Below the pieces are notes generated by a model. It made no database searches. It saw nothing but the letters and a program-made list of their open reading frames with translations, and was not told the DNA's origin. This document shows positions 1-9,141 of a stretch of 55,015 nucleotides of DNA, in pieces (within the stretch, counting starts at the first letter, position 1; every line of letters starts with the position of its first letter). Both the position numbers and the translations under genes were made by a program. This stretch comes from Vezdaea acicularis (taxonomy: Eukaryota), in assembly GCA_026025075.1 (NCBI GenBank), contig JAPEUI010000104.1:1-55015 (forward strand). The letters run 5' to 3'.

Positions 1-950
1 CTGGGATCGCTCAAGGTCACACGGCAAGTAGAGGATGCTGAACATGTTGTGACATTGTGCAAATTGCGCCATACCCACAGATCACTGATGTCGAAACTCA
101 ACGTTTGACGGTTCTAACTCAACCACGACGCCCCTGAAAGCCGATATAACCGATACAAGAGGAAGTGAGGCATTGAGTAGCTTAAGAGTGGGGTCTAGGA
201 CCGAGTATGGACTGGTGGTAGACGGGGAAAGGGAACAAACCAATATAATCAAAACGAAAATGCGTCGCACAATGAATAGTATTGTTATGGCAGCCTATGG
301 CCAAAGGGAGAGCTAATCGTTATAAAACATCATGACGAAATGACCACTCTGAGAAGTGCAGGGAGCGTCTCAAGATGCTTGACTCTATATATACTCCAAT
401 GGAACAGGGCATCCCTTATGAGCATCGAAGCTGCTGCTCAAGCTTTTACCATGGAAGTCATCCCTTGACCAACGGCGCAATCAATCGTGACCACCGTCAT
501 CTTTGAGCCGTGCACCGAGCCCAGCTGAACATATGACACAATTTTAAGAAAGCTGGTGGCGTGCGTAGGGGTTCGCAAAATGTATTGGAAGCTCCGTGTT
601 TTATCTTTTGGTATATCAAACAAGATTTCTTGCTCGATATCGTGGACTGCTTCGTTTCTTTCGAAGCCCCGCGTGGTGTAGTTCTGGATTGTTCTCATGG
701 TTTCGAGTTCTGGTGGCCGTTGATGTGTGCTGCATGAAGCATGATGCCAGGTTGACGAGATGTACTTTTCAAACCCCAAGGATTGCTAGGGTGGTTGTGA
801 GGCAGAATTATCAAACACCTAAGTACAGAACGTTTGCAAAGATCCCTCGCAGCTTTGTGCATTTCAAACAAAACCAAACGCCAATAGTCATATCCAGAGC
901 CCCCTCAAATCCCCTCGAGCCCCCTCGAACCCCTGGCTTTCCTGTATATC

Positions 951-2235
951 CTACCCCGGCAACTCCACCGGCGCCTCCTGCTTCGGTTTATAGTACTCCG
1001 TGACACTCCTTCCATCCGCCTCCGCCATCTCCCTCTCCCTTTCCAGGCCTCCAATTTCCACCGGCGTTGTGATATCTCCAGGACTCTGTGGACTAACCGG
1101 CACCGCGCCGCCTCTCGGGCTTGGCGCCCGCAGAAGGCTCATCCCCGCATCTGCCGCGGCGCCATGAGGCTCTGTGAAGGGCCCAGAACCCGCCACGGGC
1201 CCGAAGTAATCCGTCCCGTTGGACAAGCCGCGATGGTGGCTCGCCGAGCCGGGTCCAAGAGTCGATGTTCCGCCAGGAGAGGAGACTTCGGACATCTCGG
1301 CGCCGTGGCGGCCAGAGGCGTGCCCAGAATGGTCGGAGCTCTGTTGGGCGCGTTGGCGACGTCGCCGGTGGAGGCAGATGCCAATGAAGAGGGAGGCCAC
1401 GACAGCAGCGCCTACGACGATGCCGATTGCAATGCCAGCTTTGGCACCAGTAGAGAGGCCGCTGGATGATGAGGAAGAAGTGGAGGTGTTGGTGCTAGTT
1501 GCGACGCCACCTGAGCCGGGGCGGAGGGTTGTGGTTATGGAGGCAGCGCAGAGGAGGGCGCTGTTACTCATCGTACACACAGTGCCGTCATGACAGCAGC
1601 CACCGCCGACGGAGGCGGGGCAAGATGTCTGACCCGTCGTGCATGCTGTCTGTGGTGAGGTTGTTGTGGCGATTACTGGTGCGCTGGTCGAGGAGGCGCT
1701 GGAGGAAGATGTCAGGAGTACGCAGGCGCTCGATGCACAGGAGAAGCCGAGCGCGCAGCAACTGCCACCCACATCGTCGGCGCATTTGAAGAGCGTAGTT
1801 GCTGGGCAGAGAGATGCACAGCAGCTGCTTGTTCCGCTGACGGTACAGGCATAGGATGAGGTCGGGCAGGGGTCATCAGGGCATGAACCCCGCGATATAT
1901 TGCAGCATTTCGGCGTGCCGGCAGTGTTCACATAGCAGTATTCGGTGTTGTCGCAGCAGTTGGTCGCGTTGATTGCGCGGCCTGTTTCCAAACGCGCAAA
2001 TTAGTACATCATAGTTCAAGGTAGACTGATGGACATAAGTGAGCGCCATACATGAATGCTTTCCATCTCCGCAGCCATCTTGCCGCTTATCTAGTATTGG
2101 AGGTGGACCCAACATGAACCTCGGTCTTAACTCTCCTACAATCTCTCCAATCTCCATCTCGCCGAGATACTCCGCTGATGCTGCCGTGGCCACTAAGGCT
2201 AGCAGAGGCATCCATAATCGCCGTATGCGAACCAT
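951..2235 (-). CDS. Cys-rich type I membrane protein (signal peptide, Cys-rich ectodomain, Ser/Thr stalk, one TM helix, cytoplasmic tail); 2 exons
   Basis: ATG at 2235 (MVRIRRLWMPLLALVATAASA). Intron 2051-1982 (GTATGG...CTAAT...CAG) joins GKHS-C-RAINATNCC in frame. Repeated C..GG.CC..G..C units; TM segment AGIAIGIVVGAAVVASLFIGICL followed by HRRRRQR; ends PVELPG. Confidence 0.85.
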
Positions 2236-3064
2236 TGTTGGAGCGCAAATAGTAGAATATACGAAACTCGTCACTTATTGGCGGCCGCTCCCGTACATCG
2301 GGATAATATCGTCAAAGTTCGGAAAGGCTTTTCCCGACAAAGCCGAGCTAGAGTATTGGAAATCTCGAGGGAATAAAGGAAGTCATCGCCCTACGACAGA
2401 GTTTTGTTTGTCAAAGTCGCCGTGTCGAATATCAATGGCTTTCAAGGGAGATACAAAGCCAAGGTTGTTGGAGATAGGTTTTTCATCTGTTGGCCAACTC
2501 GGGGCCAGACGCTCTGGCTCGGGAGTCTCAGACGCTCGTGGCTGTTGCCGCAAGGCGGTGCTGAGGGACTCTCCAGCCTTATCCACGGTCGTGGACAGGT
2601 CGGGGAAGCGTCCGTAGCACTGAGTGGAGGGAATCCCCCACTGCATGCAAGTTCATTGCGGCTGGCGGTCTTGATGGGGCGAGTGATTGGAAGGCCGTGC
2701 CAGCCTCCTGCAGCAGCTGCAGATAGCGAGCTGCCCTCCACGAAGGCGTTGGTGGCATGGCGCAGGCTTGGCCTGCTCGGCAGAAGTGCCCCAAATCGGC
2801 GTTGTGCAGCGCACGACTGAGTCTGAAACACGGTCAGCAAAGCTCTGCGCTTGATATAGTTATAGTTATAATGGGATAAGTTACAAAGTTTTCGTATATC
2901 ACGATAGTCAAACTCGCAGCCTCGCCAGAGTTGCCCAGTCCTTACGTTATGGAAATGTTCAGGGTCATTCCACTATCTCCACGTGAGCAACAGAACGACG
3001 GCCACGCATGCCGGGTAACGCCGATGCGGGTGGGACTCACGATCACTTCATTTGTGTGATGATG

Positions 3065-3570
3065 AGGCCGGGCATAATTCCGGCCTTTAGTCTCAAGACG
3101 CTCGGCAGCACAGATTTCTTCTCGTCACATAGTCTTCATCATTCCTGCTGTGTGTCTCTTTCCCATCAGTACCGGCCTTAGTCCACACACGGGGATTAAG
3201 GCCGACAAGATTTCATATAGCAGTATTATCCGGAGTCCATAGATCCTGCGCTTGAAACTCATCAGAAGAACACCTGGACATATTTCAAATGAGGAAAATG
3301 TGACATGTCCCTCGTATTGAGTGAAGCAAGGCCGTCAGCAGTCGTCGGTGTGCTTTACTTGTGTGGTCTGTTCCTTTGACGTCGTGGTTACTTTCGCTCA
3401 GTCGTCTGCGAAAACGTCTTTGGCATGCCCAAGAGAACCCTTTCCGCCTCAAGAATATCTTGAGAAAACCGGATTTCTTCCCTCGCCCCAGGAGCTTAGT
3501 GGCACGATAACCTTTACAGGTATCGCTCGTTCAACATGATGGAGGGCGAGGCCGGAATACCTCCGGCCTC
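3065..3570. promoter_or_regulatory. Three related AGGCCG/CGGCCT inverted repeats upstream of the IDO gene; candidate transcription-factor sites
   Basis: AGGCCGG-N8-CCGGCCT at 3065-3086; CGGCCTTA...TAAGGCCG at 3173-3204; GAGGCCGGA-N5-TCCGGCCTC at 3548-3570. Function is inferred. Confidence 0.4.
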
Positions 3571-3680
3571 AACAGGTATATCAGCTGCCTCAACCTTTAG
3601 AGACCGCGTAAATTCTTTGAACCACACCACTTTCTTCTAAGCTCCCATTGTCCAGACTTTAAGACTTCATCATTGCATCG

Positions 3681-5257
3681 ATGAGTTCACCCCTGGAAAT
3701 GCTCTCGTCTGCCACTTTTCCCGTCCTCGAGGACGCCAAACCTCAATCAACGACTTTGCCTGCCTTTATGGTGTCCACGAGCCGAGGATTTCTGCCTCGA
3801 GCTGAGCCGCTTGTAGATTTACCACCTGATTTTGGTCCTTTGGAGTCAATTCTTAGGCGAATGCCTATCAAGACTGCTACTGGGGCTTCTGGCTTGCTAG
3901 CCAATTTCATGCTTGGCGAAACCGTGCTGACAGAGCTGCCAGACCTAAGCAATGCAGTTGAGAAGTACCAAAGCAATCTAACCATCATGAATGCTCTATA
4001 TCGGGACTACTCTTTCCTAGCATCAGCCTACTTATTGGAACCTTGTCACGAGAGACATATGAAAGGGGAGAGCTATGGGCTCGGACGGCAAAGGCTGCCA
4101 AGTAATATCGCCGTACCCATTTGGAAATGCGCGGAATAGTAAGTTACAGTCATGTCTTCACAGACGTAACAAAGGCTGATATTGAACATCAGCGCCGGGT
4201 TCCAGCCTTTCATGGAATACGCTGGTTCATATGCCCTCTTCAACTACCGACTGGCCGACCCGTCTCTCGGACTCCAGTATTCTAACCTACGCCTCATTCG
4301 CGCCTTTGAGCATGGCCTTGAACCCTCATCTTCTGAAGCGGGCTTTGTTCTCGTCCATGTTGACATGGTACAGCATTCTGGTCCGCTAGTCTCCGCTTGT
4401 CTCTCCATGCTTTCGGCGAGCTCTATCGAAGACCGCCCAAGCTTCAACGACGGCCTCTCACAGCTGACGCTTGCCCTAAAGAAGATCAACAGCGTGATGG
4501 AGCGTATGTGGGCGAAGTCCAAACCAGAAGACTACAGCTCTTTCCGGACCTTTATCTTCGGGATCACCTCTCAGAGCATGTTCCCGCATGGTGTCGTGTA
4601 TGAAGGCGTTTCTGATGAGCCGATGTCGTTTAGGGGAGAATCTGGTGCCAATGATAGCATGATTCCGCTCTGCGATAACTTGCTGCAGATAGAGATGCCG
4701 GATACGCCCCTAACAGAGATATTGACAGATTTCCGGAAATATAGGCCCGGGAATCATCGGGAGTTCTTGGAGTGGGTTAGAGAAAGGGCTAAAGACGTTG
4801 CCATAGCCAGGTTCGCGAGAGGTGATAACGAGAGTGCCGGTGAGTGCAAGACTTCAAAGCCCATATTGCTAGCGCTGGCCCTGTTAGACAGAGCTAACAA
4901 TCAATAGCGCTGTATGTCCAAGCACTTAATCAAGTGAGGGACTTTAGGTGGCGGCACTGGTGCTTCACGCGCGAGTACATTCTGAAGAAGACATCTCACC
5001 CCACAGCCACTGGCGGCTCTCCCATCGTTACAGTAAGTCTCAGATATCAAGAAGGTTGTTGTCTCGACCCACTGACTGTCTCACAGTGGTTACCCAACCA
5101 ACTCCAAGCCGTCATGGATCTCATGATATCCGTCAACGATCAGTTCAGAGGCGCTGGTGGTCTACCTGGCTGTGATCATATCATAGATCAACTTCTTTAT
5201 CAACGGGAAAGTTTACGGAAGGAAGTCGCCAAATACTGCGCTGAAAGGGCTGCTTGA
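3681..5257 (+). CDS. Indoleamine 2,3-dioxygenase family protein (probably the fungal IDO-gamma type); 4 exons
   Basis: Exons 3681-4138, 4193-4839, 4908-5032 and 5087-5257 join in frame through GT-AG introns. Motifs RGFLP, SSEAGFVLVHVDM, FRGESGANDSMIP, YRPGNHREFL, FRWRHW and TATGGSPIVTWLPNQL. Confidence 0.9.
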
Positions 5258-5469
5258 GAACAGATGCATAAATGTTATATATGTTCAATGAAGAATCGAA
5301 ATTAGTCCATACACCAAGCCCGTACCACACCACTGAAAATGCATATAACCTTTAAAAAAAATCCGCTCCCATATATAGTCAAGCCAGCCGAAAGGCCCGC
5401 TCAAAGTGTAAATACGACAGACTTTAAAAGTAAACCCGTTCAACCAACCCCTAGCCTGCAAAGGTTCCT

Positions 5470-8400
5470 TTACATGACCCCTAAACTACTGTACCCAGAC
5501 GGCACCATACTGCCACTACTCTCCAGCCCCACCAGGCCATTCGCCCCGGCCGGCGCTGTGCTCTGCTGCGTGATGATTTTCGCTCCAGGCTCGATAGCCA
5601 TCTTTGCATATGCGACATAGTCCTTCCCATAATTGGTATTACGATGCGCCTCCGTCCCATCCCAAAGCATCATGCCACCAAAGCCATTGTAGCTTCGTAT
5701 GAGACTGATTGTGCCATTCAGGGTCATGACTTTCACATAACCCGTGCTACCATCGGCCTTCCATGCCACGGCCCCAGCAAGGACCATCGGAGCAGAGTTG
5801 TTCGGCTGGGGCGAGTTCTGGTTCCATCCGAGCGTTTCGACCCACTGCTTGAACGTCGAGACGAAGACAGCGGGCGTCGTACCATTCCCGTCCATGTCGC
5901 AGACAGGATTATTGTAGAACTGCGGCCAGACGAAATCGGCGCTCTGCATGAGGCTCATCGGGATCGAGGGGTCGGGGATGTTGCACTGCGGACTGGCGCT
6001 GATGTAGTATTTCTTGCCGCTGGTGTCCTGAGCAAATCTCTTGCGGAGCGTCGACGCAAGCGCGTCGTAGTGCTGGGGAGTTTCGGACGTACTGGCGAAG
6101 TCGAAGCCGTCGAGAGTTGCGTTGCCAAAAGGCCGCAGTTGCAGGTTGGCGTTCCCGCCGCCGAAAAGGTCCCATAGTTTGCCACCAATGTCGGTGGCCT
6201 GGGCGTCGCTGCTGATGGTGACGTTGCCGGCGGCAGCACGGCCGCCAATCGAGAGGAAGACTTTCTTCCCCAATTTTTGGCAGTTATTGATTTGGGGTGC
6301 GAGCTGAGGACAGCTGAGTAGGCCAGGAGCGTATTGCTCTTGAAGAGCGGTTTGGCCGCCACAGGCAGCGCCGAAGTTGAGTTGGGGGTAGTCGGAACCG
6401 CCTTGGTTGAAGGAGACTAGGTAGCCAATCATCACGATGTCGACGTTTTCGTCGAGGCATTGTGCGTATAGGTCTGTGGAGGCAGTGTTTGGCGTTTGCC
6501 CGAAGTAGACGGCAATGTTGGTGGGGGCTCGGGCGTTGAAACTGTAGGTTGCTGTGGGGGTTATTTCGGTAGTGGCAGATGTGGTTGAGACCCTCACAGC
6601 GGACACGCCCACGGGGGCGACGTTGCGTGAGATTACGGTTGTGCTGGACGATAGGGCCAGACCACTGGTCTGGGAACTTGATTTAGATGCACTCAAATTG
6701 GCTATGACGCTGGTCATGATAGTGACTGTTGCCACTTGCGCTTGGAAGTTGGCCACAGTCGGCTGAATAGAGGCAGATGAAGAATCGCTTTGATTGAGTG
6801 CCGTAGCTGATGATGATGTATTGCCGCTCGAGTTTTGAGATATGACTTGGACTAAGACGCCATCGATTGCGCCGGGGACAGAACTAGGGGTCGTAGACGC
6901 AGAGGAGGTACCGGAGGTAGACCCAGTAGCAGAGCCAGCCGTTGACATTGATTCTGATCCAACAGCTGCCGGAGATTCCGGTAAAGGCGAGCCTGAAGAC
7001 GATAGATCAGGGCTCGATGTTGCGGAAGTAGCGAGAGGAAGTGAAGAGGACCCCATAGGTATAGGAGATGATATAGATGTAGACGACGATGCTGGTAAAG
7101 ACGCCGGCAGCACAGGCGAAGATGTGGGCGATGCATTGTCTAGGCTTGAAGCGTTCGCATAGACACTCTTGAACTCAGTCACCGTCACAGGTGCCCCATC
7201 TGTTGCTGGATCTACCGAGGTGGCAGTCGTATTAGTAATTTCAGGCAATGGCGTTGCAACCGAGGAGCTTTCAGATGATGTTTGCGTTGTTGGCAGGGAT
7301 GATGTGAGTGCTGATGATGTTGGCAAAGCTGCCATCGTTGAGTTTGACAAAGATGGTATTGGTGTAGAATTGAAGCCTAATACCGGTGGAGGAATGTAGG
7401 AATCAGTTAAAATTGATGATGATGTAGAAGAAGTAAATGATGTTAGAGGTTGCAAGCTGCTTGAGAAACTCGATGTGCTGCTTGCAATACTTATCGATTG
7501 AGAAGAAGGGTTTCCCGTAGAGCTTGAGAGGTTTGCTGAGACATCCGGCGGAAGGCCCAATACCACAACCGTAGACATGGTATAAACTTGATTTAAAGTG
7601 ATTGAAAGGGGAATAAAAGTCATCCCAGTCGAATTGTATAGAGCATGGTCCGACGGCGTTGAACCTACAATCGAACTTGTCTCTGTTGGTGAGGAGGGTG
7701 AAGGCGAAGTCAATGAACTGTCCGTGGTGTTGCTAACAGTGGATGTGGTGAAACTTGAAGGTATTGCAGCAACTAGGGGCGAAACAGCTGGAATTGTTGG
7801 CAACGACGAAGTCGTCGTATTTGAAATCGACACTGTACTAGAAGATGCTGGTGCTGATGGCGTTTGAGGGTCTATTGATAATGAGTACGTATTATGGTTT
7901 GCGAACCAAGAAGACCAGAACGAACTGTCTGTTGGTAGAGGAGATGTCTGTGCTATGACAGTGGCAGTAGCAGTGACAGTGACGGCTGATGGCTGCACGG
8001 AAGCGCTACCGTCGCTCAAGTTGCTGTATTGGCCATCAGTAGTTGATTGCATCGGGCCGGGTAAACTGTGAATGGTATCAGATACTGACATGCTTTGACC
8101 ACTTGAGGCACTTGGAGAACTTATACCAAAGCTTGTAGCGGACGACATTGACATAGAGGCATTAACTGCCGTCAGTGGCTCCGTAAAAGAGCTATTATTA
8201 GCAAAATTGGCAATAGCAGCCACGCTCCCTTGGCTAGCACTCGAGCTTGCGCTTGTCGTTGGAGCTGATGATGATGAAGACTGTGGCGGTGACGAAGACG
8301 AAGGTGCCACCGAGCTCGAGGGACTAGCTGGAGTTACCACCGGCGAGGCCAAAGGACCAGGGCTAATGTTTGATGATATATTGTTAGTGTAAGTTGCGTC

Positions 8401-9141
8401 AGGTGATATCGCGGTATTTGTGATACAGTTCGCTGTCCCCGGTCCAAAACAAGTAGTACTAGTGCCTTTAACTGTAATTGACGCTATGGAAGAAGACGAA
8501 GTTGAAGGAGCCGGAGACAATGGAACGGTTGAGGAATGCGAGGATGTGGTGGAAGATGGAGAGGTGGAAGAATTTGCTAACGAGGATGAGGATGTCGTCA
8601 AGGAAGATGTTGGCTGAGTGGGCATGCTTGAGCTCGTCGGTGTTAAAGATGTCGAAAAGGACGAGCTGACTATACTTGAGGATGATGGCGAAACAGGCGT
8701 CACTACGGCTGGAGTCGATGAGGGTTGGATGGTACTCGTCACCACGAGTGTTGTCGTACTCCGAATGGAAAGTGGGGATGCAGACGACGAAGTACCTGAG
8801 GACGTGGTCCCGTTACTGCTAATGTTACCCATGCTGTTGACCAGCAAGTTGAGGTTATCTTGCAGTCCTTGTATCTGGGCTTGCAGACTGGACACGGCAT
8901 CGTTCATCTGCGCAAGGCTATCGCGCTTCACAGGTGTCCCCCTCTCATGTATCGCAAAACCTCGTTCGAAGAGCTGCGTTTTTGTTGCCTCGATCTGGTT
9001 GCGCAAATACTCCTCTTCGGAGTTTTGACGCGTCCGTTCATCTTCCAAGCTGCGCCGGTACCGGTTTCCATAGGCGTTCGACGAAGAAATGGCAAAAAGT
9101 AGATATATGAAGACAAACGAAAGAGGGGAAGCCAACATCAT
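5470..9141 (-). CDS. Secreted Ser/Thr-rich protein with a C-terminal GH18 (class III chitinase-like) domain, predicted catalytically inactive
   Basis: Intronless ORF. The first true ATG is at 9141 (the 9276 start is TTG) and gives the signal peptide MMLASPLSFVFIYLLFAISSSNA. GH18 motifs IAVYFGQ, CQKLGKKVFLSIGG, LRPFGNATLDGFDF, YYISASPQC, FVWPQFYNNPVC and FGGMMLWD. Confidence 0.88.
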   Translation of the reverse strand: MMLASPLSFVFIYLLFAISSSNAYGNRYRRSLEDERTRQNSEEEYLRNQIEATKTQLFERGFAIHERGTPVKRDSLAQMNDAVSSLQAQIQGLQDNLNLLVNSMGNISSNGTTSSGTSSSASPLSIRSTTTLVVTSTIQPSSTPAVVTPVSPSSSSIVSSSFSTSLTPTSSSMPTQPTSSLTTSSSSLANSSTSPSSTTSSHSSTVPLSPAPSTSSSSIASITVKGTSTTCFGPGTANCITNTAISPDATYTNNISSNISPGPLASPVVTPASPSSSVAPSSSSPPQSSSSSAPTTSASSSASQGSVAAIANFANNSSFTEPLTAVNASMSMSSATSFGISSPSASSGQSMSVSDTIHSLPGPMQSTTDGQYSNLSDGSASVQPSAVTVTATATVIAQTSPLPTDSSFWSSWFANHNTYSLSIDPQTPSAPASSSTVSISNTTTSSLPTIPAVSPLVAAIPSSFTTSTVSNTTDSSLTSPSPSSPTETSSIVGSTPSDHALYNSTGMTFIPLSITLNQVYTMSTVVVLGLPPDVSANLSSSTGNPSSQSISIASSTSSFSSSLQPLTSFTSSTSSSILTDSYIPPPVLGFNSTPIPSLSNSTMAALPTSSALTSSLPTTQTSSESSSVATPLPEITNTTATSVDPATDGAPVTVTEFKSVYANASSLDNASPTSSPVLPASLPASSSTSISSPIPMGSSSLPLATSATSSPDLSSSGSPLPESPAAVGSESMSTAGSATGSTSGTSSASTTPSSVPGAIDGVLVQVISQNSSGNTSSSATALNQSDSSSASIQPTVANFQAQVATVTIMTSVIANLSASKSSSQTSGLALSSSTTVISRNVAPVGVSAVRVSTTSATTEITPTATYSFNARAPTNIAVYFGQTPNTASTDLYAQCLDENVDIVMIGYLVSFNQGGSDYPQLNFGAACGGQTALQEQYAPGLLSCPQLAPQINNCQKLGKKVFLSIGGRAAAGNVTISSDAQATDIGGKLWDLFGGGNANLQLRPFGNATLDGFDFASTSETPQHYDALASTLRKRFAQDTSGKKYYISASPQCNIPDPSIPMSLMQSADFVWPQFYNNPVCDMDGNGTTPAVFVSTFKQWVETLGWNQNSPQPNNSAPMVLAGAVAWKADGSTGYVKVMTLNGTISLIRSYNGFGGMMLWDGTEAHRNTNYGKDYVAYAKMAIEPGAKIITQQSTAPAGANGLVGLESSGSMVPSGYSSLGVM

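Noticed and set aside
1..900. Short ORFs at the window start and a 10-bp-period CCCCTCRA repeat just downstream at 901-934
   Set aside because: No recognisable motifs or consistent splice model; the repeat is short and lies in a 3' UTR.
2383..2840. Overlapping ORFs upstream of the membrane-protein gene
   Set aside because: No family features, and ORFs of similar length occur on both strands; probably leader or promoter sequence.
6085..6093. GTACGT inside the GH18 catalytic motif as a possible intron donor
   Set aside because: The frame stays open and keeps the expected spacing to the downstream Tyr and helix, so no intron is needed. RNA-seq should still confirm this.
6554..9102. Many plus-strand Val/Glu/Asp-rich ORFs
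   Set aside because: Antisense shadows of the Ser/Thr-rich coding strand.
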